A stretch of 24,000 nucleotides of DNA from an uncultured Clostridia bacterium. GTDB taxonomy: Bacteria > Bacillota > Clostridia > Christensenellales > UBA1242. Every line of letters begins with the position of its first letter. Position 1 is the first letter of the stretch. The notes under the pieces are model-generated. The model was not told the DNA's origin, did no database searches, and saw nothing but the letters and a program-made list of their open reading frames with translations. A program made the translations under genes and the position numbers. This document shows, piece after piece, positions 1-9,472 of this stretch. The stretch is from contig CALWEA010000002.1 of assembly GCA_944376905.1 (NCBI GenBank), positions 48,655 to 72,654 on the forward strand, written 5' to 3'.

Positions 1-1
1 G

Positions 2-1534
2 TCTGTTAATATATCATCAACAGGACAACCACTTTTATCAAATAATGACATAAATCTTGATGAAAATAAAACAGTAATAAGAGATAAAGAAGAAAATTGT
101 AAAATTGATAATGTTAATATAATGAACAACAGTAATTTAAGCAATAATTTGATATCAAACGATAAACAAACTTCAAGTGATTTGCAAAATTTAAAAAATG
201 AAGAAAAGACTAATCAGGAAAATAATCAAATTATAACAACTGATTCATCAATACATATAGAAGATGTTTTTGAAAATAAAACAGAAAATGCAATTGTTCA
301 TCAAAATTCTTTTTTGGGAATGCCTAATACAAGCCTTAAAATTGGTCAAGAAGATTCAATAAATGCATTAAACAATCAAATAAACTTATTTGACAATCAA
401 GAAAATAATTATATAAAAAAACCTTTTAATATTGACAAAGAATTGGCGTATGTCAAAACTGAAAATAAAAGTTTTACTGACGGATATAAAAATCAATCAA
501 AATTATTAAATGACGCAGTTTTACTTAAAAATAATAAAATTCAACCGACAAATTCATTTGACAATCAATCAAATGCTGATGTTGAAAATGATAATAAGGA
601 ATTAATTTATCAAAATATTGACCAATTTGAAAATGTATTAAATAAAAATAGTTTAATAAATGAAAATATTGTTTTAAGTGATAATAACTTAAAAGAAAAT
701 AAAGATGATGGGGTTTTTATAAATTCCCCTACACCAAATTCTTTAAAGCAAGAAAATTTAAATAATGAGTCAGAAAATATTTTATTTCAAAATGAATATG
801 ATAATGGTATTTTTATAACAGAAAAATATTCACCTGATGAATTCCCTAAGGTTAAAAAAATAAATGTAATACATCTAGAAGACAAAAATAATAATTCAAT
901 AGAATTTGACAAAAACCAGATAGAAAGTGGTTATACTGAAAAAATAAATGAATTATATAATAAAAGCAATCAAGTAAATGAAAAAGATTTTGAAAATGAT
1001 GTTACTGTTGATTCTTATGAAAAACTACAAGATTATTATAATAAAATAAATGTTAAGTTTAAAACCTATCCTAACGAGTTAAATAATCATAATGAAAATA
1101 TCATTACCACTTCTCAAAGTTCTAATAAGATGGCATTTAAAAAATATTTATATTTATTTGCGTTTGTTTTTATTGAAACATTAATATGTTATTTTGCTTT
1201 TTCAAATTTTGATTTAACTATTAATTATTCATTTTTATACATTATATTACCTTTAATGTTTTTAATTTTACCTGCATATCATTTATTTCTCATATTAACA
1301 AAAAAAGAAGAATATATTTCAGAAATTAAATTAAATTCATTTTGGATTGATTTAATGTTATTCCTTGTTGGTATTGTTTTACTTTATTCTTTAAACATGC
1401 TTTTAGGAATGACATACTTAAACATTACACAATATGCAACTACTTTTATATACCCTTCTATCTTATTATTAAACATTTTTGTAAATTATGGATTGAATTT
1501 TATAGTTTACAAAAATTTAAAGATAAAAAGATAA
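2..1534 (+). CDS. Asn-rich low-complexity protein with a C-terminal four-helix membrane domain; 5' end runs off the window
   Basis: The ORF track gives 122..1534. Translating the same frame upstream by hand shows no stop back to nt 2 (SVNISSTGQPLLSNNDINLDENKTVIRDKEENCKIDNVNI-MNNSN...), so the gene probably starts left of the window. About 340 aa are N/Q/E/K-rich. Four hydrophobic segments follow (YLYLFAFVFIETLICYFAF, FLYIILPLMFLILPAYHLFLIL, WIDLMLFLVGIVLLYSLNMLLG, FIYPSILLLNIFVNYGLNFIV). No family recognised. Confidence 0.6.
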   Translation, partial: SVNISSTGQPLLSNNDINLDENKTVIRDKEENCKIDNVNIMNNSNLSNNLISNDKQTSSDLQNLKNEEKTNQENNQIITTDSSIHIEDVFENKTENAIVHQNSFLGMPNTSLKIGQEDSINALNNQINLFDNQENNYIKKPFNIDKELAYVKTENKSFTDGYKNQSKLLNDAVLLKNNKIQPTNSFDNQSNADVENDNKELIYQNIDQFENVLNKNSLINENIVLSDNNLKENKDDGVFINSPTPNSLKQENLNNESENILFQNEYDNGIFITEKYSPDEFPKVKKINVIHLEDKNNNSIEFDKNQIESGYTEKINELYNKSNQVNEKDFENDVTVDSYEKLQDYYNKINVKFKTYPNELNNHNENIITTSQSSNKMAFKKYLYLFAFVFIETLICYFAFSNFDLTINYSFLYIILPLMFLILPAYHLFLILTKKEEYISEIKLNSFWIDLMLFLVGIVLLYSLNMLLGMTYLNITQYATTFIYPSILLLNIFVNYGLNFIVYKNLKIKR

Positions 1535-1542
1535 TAAAAAAC

Positions 1543-1582
1543 AAAAAAATCATTTTACTTTAAAATAGTAAAATGATTTTTT
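1543..1582. terminator. Bidirectional intrinsic terminator between convergent genes
   Basis: Perfect 11-bp stem atcattttact (1549-1559) / agtaaaatgat (1567-1577) with a 7-nt loop. It is flanked by an A-run (1543-1548) and a T-run (1578-1582), giving a U-tract on either strand. It lies between the stop of the + strand gene (1534) and the stop of rny (1587). Confidence 0.75.
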
Positions 1583-1586
1583 ATTG

Positions 1587-3176
1587 TTATTTTGCAACAG
1601 CCGAAAATCTAGATTCCCTAATCACATTTACCTTAATCTGTCCAGGATAATCCATTTCTTCTTCTATCTTTTTTGCAATGTCTTTTGCTAAAAATAATGC
1701 CTTTTCATCACTTATTTCATTTGGACTTACTAATATTCTTATTTCACGTCCAGCTTGAATAGCATAAGATTTTTCTACTCCCTTAAAGGAATTAGAAATA
1801 TCTTCTAATTTTTGCAAACGTTTAACATAATTTTCCAAAGATTCTTTTCTTGCTCCCGGTCTTGAACTAGAAATAGAATCTGCAACTTGAACAATAACAG
1901 CTTCAAGACTTTTAAATTCCACACCAAAATGATGCGCTTCGATACAATGAATTATTTCTTGTGATTCTTTATATTTTTTTGCTAAATCAACACCAATAGA
2001 AACATGAGTGCCTTCAATTTCGTGATCTAATGCTTTACCTATATCATGAAGTAATCCCGCTCTTTTTGCAATCTTAACATCTGCTCCTATTTCACTTGCT
2101 ATTAATCCTGCAATGTACGCTGTTTCTAAAGAATGTTTTAAACAATTTTGACCGTAACTTGTTCTAAATTTTAACCTACCTAGAATTTTAACTAACTCTG
2201 GATGAATATTAAATATACCAACTTCTTCAACGGCTTGTTCACCAGCTTCTTTTATTTGTTGATTTACATCTTTAGTTACTTTATTAAATATTTCTTCTAT
2301 TCTTGTTGGATGTATTCTTCCATCTAAAATTAATTTTTCTAATGACAACCGGGCAATTTCTCGTCGAATAGGATCAAAACAAGATACTGTTATTGCTTCG
2401 GGGGTATCATCGACAATTAAGTCAACACCCATAACTGTTTCAATTGAGCGTATATTTCTACCTTCTCTGCCTATAATTCTACCCTTCATTTCGTCATTAG
2501 GAATTGAAACAACGGAAACTGTTGATTCTGATGTAACATCAGTTGCACATTTTTGAATTGCTAAAGTAACAATATCTTGAGCTTTTTTTAGTGCATCATT
2601 ATTTGCTTTTTCTTCAATTTCCTTAATCATTTTAACTGATTCCTTACGAGCGTCATCAGTTATTTCTTCAATTAAAAGTTGTTTTGCATCTTCTTTTTTT
2701 AGTCCAGAGACTTTTTCTAATTCTGTAATTATTGTTTGTCTTAATTGTTCTTGTTCATCAATTTGATTTTTAAGATTTTCTTTCATAGAAACAATTTGTT
2801 TTTTATCATCTTCAAGTTGTTCTATTTTTTTTTCTAAAGAAAGTTCTTTTTTGTCAATATACTCTTCTCTTTGAGCAACTCTATCTTCTGCTTTTTGTAT
2901 TTCAACACGACGGTCTTTTAATTCTTTATCAACATCTAATCTTAATTGATGTAGTTCTTCCTTTGCTTCTAAAATAGCTTCTTTTTTAACAGTTTTTGCT
3001 TCCGCATAAGCTTCTTCTAAAACTTTAGCGGCTATAGATTTATTATTTGATAATTTATTTTTATCAAGTATTTTATTTAAAAAAAATCCTACAATACACC
3101 CTAATATCAGTGCACCAATACCAACAAAAACTGAGACAATAGCACTATCCACAAAGGCCATAAAACTATTGCTCAT
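1587..3176 (-). CDS. rny: Ribonuclease Y (membrane-anchored endoribonuclease; KH + HD domains)
   Basis: N-terminal TM helix ([26 protein letters not shown]) and a long K/E-rich coiled coil. KH motif ([15 protein letters not shown]). HD domain (LLHDIGKA ... IEAHH). Start re-called to ATG at 3176 (MSNSFMAF...), preceded by AAGAGGTAAAATT. The 36 extra residues in the ORF track (to 3284) cover leader sequence. Confidence 0.93.
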   Translation of the reverse strand: MSNSFMAFVDSAIVSVFVGIGALILGCIVGFFLNKILDKNKLSNNKSIAAKVLEEAYAEAKTVKKEAILEAKEELHQLRLDVDKELKDRRVEIQKAEDRVAQREEYIDKKELSLEKKIEQLEDDKKQIVSMKENLKNQIDEQEQLRQTIITELEKVSGLKKEDAKQLLIEEITDDARKESVKMIKEIEEKANNDALKKAQDIVTLAIQKCATDVTSESTVSVVSIPNDEMKGRIIGREGRNIRSIETVMGVDLIVDDTPEAITVSCFDPIRREIARLSLEKLILDGRIHPTRIEEIFNKVTKDVNQQIKEAGEQAVEEVGIFNIHPELVKILGRLKFRTSYGQNCLKHSLETAYIAGLIASEIGADVKIAKRAGLLHDIGKALDHEIEGTHVSIGVDLAKKYKESQEIIHCIEAHHFGVEFKSLEAVIVQVADSISSSRPGARKESLENYVKRLQKLEDISNSFKGVEKSYAIQAGREIRILVSPNEISDEKALFLAKDIAKKIEEEMDYPGQIKVNVIRESRFSAVAK

Positions 3177-3251
3177 AATTTTACCTCTTTTACAAAATTT
3201 TAACTTATTAAAAAAAGTACGGCAAACCAAATTATATATTACAAGATTAAA

Positions 3252-3267
3252 GCGGAAGTCGGTCCGC
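3252..3267 (-). promoter_or_regulatory. Small G+C-rich hairpin in the rny 5' leader
   Basis: Minus-strand GCGGA-CCGACU-UCCGC (5-bp GC-rich stem) followed by UUUAAUCUU. It lies between the predicted rny promoter and the rny RBS and stands out from the AT-rich surroundings. Function unknown. Confidence 0.3.
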
Positions 3268-3296
3268 CAAATCCTTTTATTCAATAAATCATATAT

Positions 3297-3325
3297 ATTT
3301 TAAATTTTTATAACGAATTTGTCAA
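3297..3325 (-). promoter_or_regulatory. Sigma-A-type promoter for rny
   Basis: Minus strand reads TTGACA (3325-3320), a 17-nt spacer, then TAAAAT (3302-3297). It is preceded by a weak AT-only hairpin plus U8 (about 3338-3372) that could terminate recO. Confidence 0.5.
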
Positions 3326-3420
3326 GTAATTAAAAAAAATACTTACTTTTATAAAATATAAGTAAATAAAATTTAGTTAAAATATTAATTAATATAAATC
3401 TTTAAAATTAATATATACCT

Positions 3421-4131
3421 TTAATATGAAAAAATTTTTTTATTAAATCTATATTCATAATTTTGCATTAAAACACTGACTACTTCATCAATATTTTTTA
3501 TGTTAATTGTGCATAATTTATCAAATTTTTCATTTGCAATTATACACAAATTTTTATGTATAAGTTTATCTATTTTAATGCTATTTGGGCTTTGACATAG
3601 TTCACAAGTAATTTCACCTGTATCCATATTTAAAAAAATATTTTCTGATAAATCATTATAGCATGCGGAACAATAATTTAAATTTAGTTTATAACCCATT
3701 GAGGTAAAAATATCTATTAAATATTTACATAAAACAATATTTTTTTGATTGTTTTCATAATTTAAGATTTTAAGAGTATTCATTAACTCTAAAAATAGTT
3801 GAACATCTGCTTGTCCGTATAAATTTAATTGCTTTACAGTAGACAAAATTGAACATGCTTCTAAATATTTATCAATATTTTGTGATAAATTAGTGAAATT
3901 GTCTATTATATCGCATCCTATTACTGTGCCTAAATTAGAAGATTTAAAAATACAATTATATTTTCCAAAGCAAAATAATTCTTTAGACGCTTTTAATTTT
4001 GCCTTTGGATTTTTAACACCTTTTAATATTAAATTTACCAATCCTTTTTCAACCGAAAAAAGAGTTATAATTTTATCTTTTTCTTTATAGTCTTTTGATG
4101 ATATAACAATACCTGTCAAAATTTCTTCCAT
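3421..4131 (-). CDS. recO: DNA repair/recombination mediator RecO
   Basis: N-terminal OB-fold-like region (GIVISSKDYKEKDKIITLFSVEKGLVNLILKGVK). C-terminal four-Cys zinc motif (CSACYNDL ... CELCQ). Conserved position downstream of era. Confidence 0.85.
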   Translation of the reverse strand: MEEILTGIVISSKDYKEKDKIITLFSVEKGLVNLILKGVKNPKAKLKASKELFCFGKYNCIFKSSNLGTVIGCDIIDNFTNLSQNIDKYLEACSILSTVKQLNLYGQADVQLFLELMNTLKILNYENNQKNIVLCKYLIDIFTSMGYKLNLNYCSACYNDLSENIFLNMDTGEITCELCQSPNSIKIDKLIHKNLCIIANEKFDKLCTINIKNIDEVVSVLMQNYEYRFNKKIFSY

Positions 4132-4175
4132 TCTTATTAACCATTATTAAATATATATTTAAAATTAATTAAATT

Positions 4176-4457
4176 TTACATACAACGTTCTGTATCTTGA
4201 AATTTTTTTATTTTTTTATTGTATAAAGGATTATAATTTTTTAATCTTTGACACTTAATAATAGAATCAGTTATTAAACTAAAATCTAAAAATCCATTAT
4301 TTTCGACATTTTCTTCAATATTTTTTTTATCATCATATTCAAAAGAAGCACTTGCTTTAATATTTGCGGATAACAATCTATAATTATCATTTCCTGTTTG
4401 TGCATAAAGATTATCTAATATATCAATAATATTAAAAGGATTACTTTCTATATTCAT
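4176..4457 (-). CDS. Small hypothetical protein in the era-recO slot
   Basis: The first codon of the ORF-track start (4463) is TTG. I prefer ATG at 4457 (MNIESNPF...), which has AAAGGAGG 9 nt upstream. Acidic, soluble, no motif recognised with certainty. Its position matches the small yqzL-type ORF of Bacillus (weak inference). Confidence 0.55.
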   Translation of the reverse strand: MNIESNPFNIIDILDNLYAQTGNDNYRLLSANIKASASFEYDDKKNIEENVENNGFLDFSLITDSIIKCQRLKNYNPLYNKKIKKFQDTERCM

Positions 4458-4503
4458 ATGCAAAAACCTCCTTTAATATTATATGCGCTTTTCTTATAAA
4501 TAT

Positions 4504-4531
4504 ATTATACCATTAATAATAATTAATGCAA
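4504..4531 (-). promoter_or_regulatory. Sigma-A-type promoter (extended -10) for the small ORF and recO
   Basis: Minus strand reads TTGCAT (4531-4526), a 16-nt spacer ending in TGG, then TATAAT (4509-4504). It lies just downstream of the era stop. Confidence 0.45.
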
Positions 4532-4545
4532 GTAATTTTAAAAAT

Positions 4546-5445
4546 TTATTCTAATATACTTTCAGGGTTAATTAAATTACGCCAATTTTTAATAACTTTT
4601 ACATAAGTTGTTAACATAACCTTTTTTTGTAATAAATCTTCAATATCCAATCTTGCTTTTGAAGAAATTTCTTTTATTTTACTTCCATTTTTCCCAATAA
4701 TAATATTTTTATGTGATTGCTTTTCACAAATTATATCTGCGGAAATTTCAACTATTTTCTCATTTTCTTTAAATTCTTTTATAGAAACAGCAATACCATG
4801 AGGTATTTCTTCATGTAATAAGTAAAGGGTTTTTTCTCGTATAATTTCAGATATTAAGAACTTTAACGATTGATCTGTATATTCATCTTCATTAAAAATA
4901 AAATTTAAAACATTACTAATAGGTAATAATTTTAATATTTCAGATAATAAAATATTTAAATTTATATTTTTAGTTGAAGAAAATGGAATAATTGAATTTA
5001 TATTACTATAATTTTTAAATAAATTTATAGTTTCTATTAGTTTTAATTTACTTATTTTATCAATTTTGTTTATAACTAAAATAAGAGGAATCTTATTTAA
5101 ATTTTTAATATATTCAAGTTCATCTTGTGTTATATTTTTACTAGAATCTAATACATATAATATGATATCAACAGATGAAATAGCTGTTCTAAGGTTTTTA
5201 TTCATTTGTTTATCTAAATTATTTTGCGATTTATGAATCCCAGGAGTATCAACAAAAACTAATTGATAATTTTCCGTTTCGGAAAATTTTGTTATTATTC
5301 CCAGAATATTATTCCTTGTTGTTTGTGTCTTTGGTGAAACTATAGCAACTTTATTACCAACAATCAAATTTATTAATGTGCTTTTCCCTGCATTAGTTTT
5401 CCCTATAACGCCTATATAACCAAATTTATAAACTTTGTTTCCCAT
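4546..5445 (-). CDS. era: GTPase Era (30S ribosome maturation)
   Basis: G1 GKTNAGKST, G3 DTPG, G4 NKID, C-terminal KH fold (IIGKNGSKIKEI). Start re-called to ATG at 5445 (MGNKVYKFGYIGVIG...). This gives the usual short lead-in to the P-loop; the track start at 5475 has no RBS. Confidence 0.92.
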   Translation of the reverse strand: MGNKVYKFGYIGVIGKTNAGKSTLINLIVGNKVAIVSPKTQTTRNNILGIITKFSETENYQLVFVDTPGIHKSQNNLDKQMNKNLRTAISSVDIILYVLDSSKNITQDELEYIKNLNKIPLILVINKIDKISKLKLIETINLFKNYSNINSIIPFSSTKNINLNILLSEILKLLPISNVLNFIFNEDEYTDQSLKFLISEIIREKTLYLLHEEIPHGIAVSIKEFKENEKIVEISADIICEKQSHKNIIIGKNGSKIKEISSKARLDIEDLLQKKVMLTTYVKVIKNWRNLINPESILE

Positions 5446-5533
5446 ATTACACCATATATAGTAGTTTAAATTCATAACATATTCTATATATTGCAGAATT
5501 TATTATAAATTTTAAACCTTACAAATATTTTCT

Positions 5534-6019
5534 TTAATTTCTTCTTATATTATATTTATTTAAAATATTATCTGTTAACATATTCATTTCAATTTCGTCA
5601 TCATTATTTATATGGTCATATCCTAATAAATGTAAAAAACCATGAATTGCTAAAAAGCAAATTTCTCTTTTATAACTATGACCTAAAATTTTAGCCTGTT
5701 CTTTTGCAATTGAATCGCAAATAATTATATCTCCAAGATTAATTAAACCGTCACCTGGATTAATTTCTTTAATCATTTCTTTATAATTAAAATTTTCCCC
5801 TTTATTTAATTCTAAATTAGGAAATGATAAAACATCTGTTGATTTATTAATATTTCTAAATTTGTTATTTAATTCTTGAATTTTTTCTTTGTTAACTAAT
5901 GTTAAATAAACAGAAAAAGCTTTATATTCAATTGGACACTCTTTTAATGCACAATCAAAAATTTTTTTTATTTTTCTTTTTAAACATAATGATTTTATAT
6001 TGTTAAAATAAACTTTCAT
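5534..6019 (-). CDS. ybeY: Endoribonuclease YbeY (rRNA maturation metalloprotease fold)
   Basis: Zinc-binding H-x3-H-x5-H signature in HGFLHLLGYDH. RBS AAAGGAA upstream of ATG 6019. Conserved neighbourhood with era. Confidence 0.9.
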   Translation of the reverse strand: MKVYFNNIKSLCLKRKIKKIFDCALKECPIEYKAFSVYLTLVNKEKIQELNNKFRNINKSTDVLSFPNLELNKGENFNYKEMIKEINPGDGLINLGDIIICDSIAKEQAKILGHSYKREICFLAIHGFLHLLGYDHINNDDEIEMNMLTDNILNKYNIRRN

Positions 6020-6057
6020 ATTTTATTCCTTTTCTATTTTTGTAATATAATATCAAT

Positions 6058-7197
6058 TTACAAAACTCTTTCAACCGTAATAACATATTGAATATTTATA
6101 ATATCGTTAGTTTGATTAATTATATTGTAATTTTCGCTCAATATTATATCATTTTTTAATAATTTTTGTAAAGTGTTTTCTTGACATTTTTTTAAAATAT
6201 CTTCTTTATAGTCTTGAAACATTTTTGTTATTTTTTTTGTTTTAATTTCTTTATATGTTATAGTTGAAATTGTTATTGGCAATAAAACATTTTTTAGTTT
6301 TGTTTGAGTTTGTGTTGTTTCATAATTTTTATAAATAATGTCTTTTTCTTGATTAAATAAATTGACCCCACACAATGAGATGTTTTTTATTGTTATTTCA
6401 TTACCTGTATAATATTTTTCAATTTGATTTTCATAATGGGTGTATTGTGTTTCAATCCATATTTCGGCATTAATTTTTGCACTGGCTTCAATACATTTTT
6501 TATTGTTTAAACTATCGTAATAATATGCAAATACTAAGACATCACCTTTTTTAAACAAACTTCCAGGTTTAACATTTAATGTTCCGCTTATTAATTCTAT
6601 ATTTTTAATTCTACCATTATATTCAGCTACAATATTTTTATACTTGTTATTATCTAAAGAATCACTATTTGCTGTTTCTATTTTTTCTTTTATATTTATT
6701 ATTAATGTTGAACCTTTTTCAATAACGCTAACCATACTTATTTCGTTAAAATTGGCAAGAAGTATTTTTTCTAAATTTTCGTTATTTATTGAATTTTTAG
6801 AAGAAAAACAACCAATTTTATTATTATTTAAAAATTCTAAAATAGTGTTTGAAGAAATATTTTGATTTCCAATTATATCTATGCGTAGTATAAAATTATT
6901 AGATATAAATAAAAATGCTGAAAAAATCAATAATCCCAAAACTATACCAACACTAGATAATATTTTATTTATAAATTTATTTAACCCTATTTTTTTTTTG
7001 TATATAATTTTAAAATTATTGCTATCTAAATTTTTTTTAACAATTTTTATATCTTTTGTTAAAATTTTAAATATGCTTATAGAATAAGAAAGTCTTTTAA
7101 AATCAAAAATTTCAACTCCCAAATTATTTAGTTTATTAAAAAACTTTTCTTGATTTAGACCTTCAATTTTTATTTCTATTAATGATTGAAATTTCAT
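6058..7197 (-). CDS. yqfD: Sporulation protein YqfD-like
   Basis: About 380 aa with a single TM segment after ~80 aa (ILSSVGIVLGLLIFSAFLFISNNFIL). The start overlaps the stop of the preceding yqfC-like gene by 1 nt. The yqfC-yqfD pairing and size match the Bacillus/Clostridium sporulation pair. Confidence 0.7.
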   Translation of the reverse strand: MKFQSLIEIKIEGLNQEKFFNKLNNLGVEIFDFKRLSYSISIFKILTKDIKIVKKNLDSNNFKIIYKKKIGLNKFINKILSSVGIVLGLLIFSAFLFISNNFILRIDIIGNQNISSNTILEFLNNNKIGCFSSKNSINNENLEKILLANFNEISMVSVIEKGSTLIINIKEKIETANSDSLDNNKYKNIVAEYNGRIKNIELISGTLNVKPGSLFKKGDVLVFAYYYDSLNNKKCIEASAKINAEIWIETQYTHYENQIEKYYTGNEITIKNISLCGVNLFNQEKDIIYKNYETTQTQTKLKNVLLPITISTITYKEIKTKKITKMFQDYKEDILKKCQENTLQKLLKNDIILSENYNIINQTNDIINIQYVITVERVL

Positions 7198-7463
7198 TAA
7201 AATACCTCAATTTTATAAATTTTTCCTTGTATAGCTAATGTATTTTCAGAAAGTATTTTAAGAAATAAATTTTTTCCCTTAACTTCAATCTTGCCTTTTT
7301 TTATTTTAAAAATAATAGTTTCAGTTGATATACTAATTAAGCCATTATGTCCCTCTATATATAGTAAATTGCCTGAAATATTTATTATGTTATATGAAGT
7401 AAACATTGTATCTGGTAAATGCAAATCTTTTTTTAATTCACTTAAATAATTAAAAATATTCAT
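7197..7463 (-). CDS. yqfC: Sporulation protein YqfC-like (YabP/YqfC family)
   Basis: An 88-aa protein with the family pattern LPxD...I.I.G...LYIEGH.GL..I....I.....G.I.V.G..L.I.......L.I.GKI..IE. Translationally coupled to yqfD. No clear RBS at 7463. Confidence 0.7.
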   Translation of the reverse strand: MNIFNYLSELKKDLHLPDTMFTSYNIINISGNLLYIEGHNGLISISTETIIFKIKKGKIEVKGKNLFLKILSENTLAIQGKIYKIEVF

Positions 7464-7514
7464 ATATTAAAATATGCAATAAAAATTATATATAGAATTT
7501 ACAAAATAAAATTT

Positions 7515-7566
7515 ATAAAAAAATATAATCACTTTTATCAAAAGATTATGATTTCGTGATTATATT
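7515..7566 (-). terminator. Putative intrinsic terminator after the DUF1292 gene
   Basis: Perfect 11-bp stem aatataatcac (7522-7532) / gtgattatatt (7556-7566). The minus-strand U-tract corresponds to the plus A-run at 7517-7521. The loop is unusually large (23 nt), which lowers confidence. Confidence 0.4.
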
Positions 7567-7591
7567 GTTTATTATTTAATTTTTAATTGTT

Positions 7592-7936
7592 TTATTTATC
7601 CTCTTCTATTTCATCTAAAAGTCTATAATATTCATCAAAAACACGCATTGCCCTTGCTTCATCTGTTTCAACAATTAATTGAGAATCTCCATCTTTATTT
7701 TCTTCAATAAGAAAAACAATTGCCTCATCATCAGCAACACCTTCCATTTCATCAATAGGTTTAAGAATTGCAAATAACTTTTCTTCTAATGGAATAATTG
7801 CAACTTGGTCAAATTTTACTGGATTATCTTCTTCGTCGTATAAGGTAATTGGTGAATCATTGTTTTCATCCAGCAAAACATCTAAGATGTCTAATTCTTC
7901 TTCATTTTTTAAATTTTCATCTTCTTTTTTACTCAT
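7592..7936 (-). CDS. DUF1292 / UPF0473 (YrzB-like) small acidic protein
   Basis: Family-typical pattern ITLYDEEDNPVKFDQVAIIPLEEKLFAILKPID...DEAIVFLIEE. Strong RBS AAGGAG. Sits directly downstream of ruvX, as yrzB does in Bacillus. Confidence 0.75.
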   Translation of the reverse strand: MSKKEDENLKNEEELDILDVLLDENNDSPITLYDEEDNPVKFDQVAIIPLEEKLFAILKPIDEMEGVADDEAIVFLIEENKDGDSQLIVETDEARAMRVFDEYYRLLDEIEEDK

Positions 7937-7946
7937 TTTATACTCC

Positions 7947-8363
7947 TTATTTTTTGTTTAAGTATGATTCTAAAATAATACACGCTGATAATTTGTCAAT
8001 AAGTTTTTTTCTTTTTTCTCTTTTAACATTACATTTTATCAAAATTTCATCAGCCTCAATAGATGATAATCGTTCATCTTGAAAAACAATTTCAGCGTTA
8101 GTTTGTTGTGCTACAAGAGAAGCAAATTTTTTTGTTATTTTTGCTCTATCACCTTCTGAACCATCCATATTGAGAGGTAAACCAAAAACAACTTTTTCAA
8201 CATCATTATCTTTGATTATTTTACAAATATAATCAATATCCTCTTTTAATGTTTTAGTTTGATAAACTTCTAAGGGACTAGCTATGATTTGCATTAAATC
8301 ACTTAAAGCGATACCTATTCTTTTATCTCCATAGTCCACACCCATAATTCTCTTGTAATGCAT
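7947..8363 (-). CDS. ruvX: YqgF/RuvX family nuclease (putative pre-16S rRNA nuclease / Holliday junction resolvase-like)
   Basis: N-terminal catalytic motif RIMGVDYGDKRIGIALSD. Length is about 138 aa. The start is uncertain: 8363 has no RBS, and ATG 8345 (MGVDYG) follows AAGAGA. Confidence 0.85.
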   Translation of the reverse strand: MHYKRIMGVDYGDKRIGIALSDLMQIIASPLEVYQTKTLKEDIDYICKIIKDNDVEKVVFGLPLNMDGSEGDRAKITKKFASLVAQQTNAEIVFQDERLSSIEADEILIKCNVKREKRKKLIDKLSACIILESYLNKK

Positions 8364-8515
8364 AACAATATGATATACTATTCTTGTTAATAAGTCAATT
8401 AATTATTAATATTGAATTAAAAATTTTGTCATATATTTTTTTATAAAAAATAAAAAGCTTTACTAAAATAAAACTTTTTACTTTTAATATATTATAAAAT
8501 ATTATAACATGTAAA

Positions 8516-8941
8516 TTATCTTTTTCTAAATTGAGGTGCACGACGAGCTTTTTTAAGACCATATTTCTTTCTTTCTTTCATTCTTGAATCACGAGTCAAC
8601 AATCCAGCCTTTTTTAATTCAGCTTTTAAAGTTTCGTCAGCTTTTACTAATGCCCTTGCAATACCGTGACAAATAGCACCAGCTTGTCCTGATAACCCAC
8701 CACCTATAACATTAACATTAATATCATACTTATCAGATGTATTAGTCAAAGTTAAAGGTTGACGTAGAACTAATTTTAAGGTTTCTAAAGGAAAATAAGT
8801 ATCAATATCTTCTTTATTAATTGTTATTTTTCCAGAGCCATTAGGAATTAAAAATACTCTAGCAATTGCTTTTTTTCTTCTTCCAGTTGCAAGAAATTGA
8901 ATTTTACTTGCCTTTTTTACTATTGCTTTTTTTTCTGCCAT
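8516..8941 (-). CDS. rpsI: 30S ribosomal protein S9
   Basis: [19 protein letters not shown] and the basic C-terminus [12 protein letters not shown]. Overlaps the rplM stop by 1 nt. Confidence 0.97.
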   Translation of the reverse strand: MAEKKAIVKKASKIQFLATGRRKKAIARVFLIPNGSGKITINKEDIDTYFPLETLKLVLRQPLTLTNTSDKYDINVNVIGGGLSGQAGAICHGIARALVKADETLKAELKKAGLLTRDSRMKERKKYGLKKARRAPQFRKR

Positions 8942-9384
8942 TAGTCTCTAACTCCTTTTACTTTAATAAGTTCTGGTTTTTGTGCTTGATGATTATGGTT
9001 TTCGTCTTTATAAATTTTTAACCTAGTAATTTGTTTGCGTCCTAAACTATTTTTTGGTAGCATACCCTTAACCGCCCATAAAAGAGCTTTTGGTGAATTA
9101 TTAGCCATAACAGTTTTATATTGAAATTCTTTTAATCCTCCAATATATCCAGAATGCCAGCGTAATTTTTTTTGTTCTAATTTGTTTCCTGTTAAAATTA
9201 TCTTGTCTGAATTTATAACAATAACATGATCACCACAATCAACATGCGGTGTATATATAACTTTGTTTTTTCCTGATAAAATATCTGCCACAGCTGTCGC
9301 AAGTCGACCCAAAGGCATATTAGTTGCATCAAGAATAAACCATTTTCTTTCAACTTCTTCTGGTTTTGCCATATAAGTTTTCAT
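8941..9384 (-). CDS. rplM: 50S ribosomal protein L13
   Basis: N-terminus [26 protein letters not shown] and the overall L13 pattern. RBS AAGGAGAA upstream of ATG 9384. Confidence 0.97.
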   Translation of the reverse strand: MKTYMAKPEEVERKWFILDATNMPLGRLATAVADILSGKNKVIYTPHVDCGDHVIVINSDKIILTGNKLEQKKLRWHSGYIGGLKEFQYKTVMANNSPKALLWAVKGMLPKNSLGRKQITRLKIYKDENHNHQAQKPELIKVKGVRD

Positions 9385-9443
9385 ATGTTTAATTCTCCTT
9401 ATAAAGTTTTTTTAAAAAACTAATTTTGTAAGGGGCTAACATC

Positions 9444-9468
9444 ACAAAAAAAGTCTTTTAAAAGACTT
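9444..9468 (-). promoter_or_regulatory. Leader hairpin plus U-tract in the rplM 5' UTR (candidate L13 autoregulatory leader or attenuator)
   Basis: Minus strand reads AAGUCUUUU/AAAAGACUU (9468-9451), followed by U7 (9450-9444). It begins almost at the predicted transcription start. Confidence 0.4.
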
Positions 9469-9472
9469 ATAG

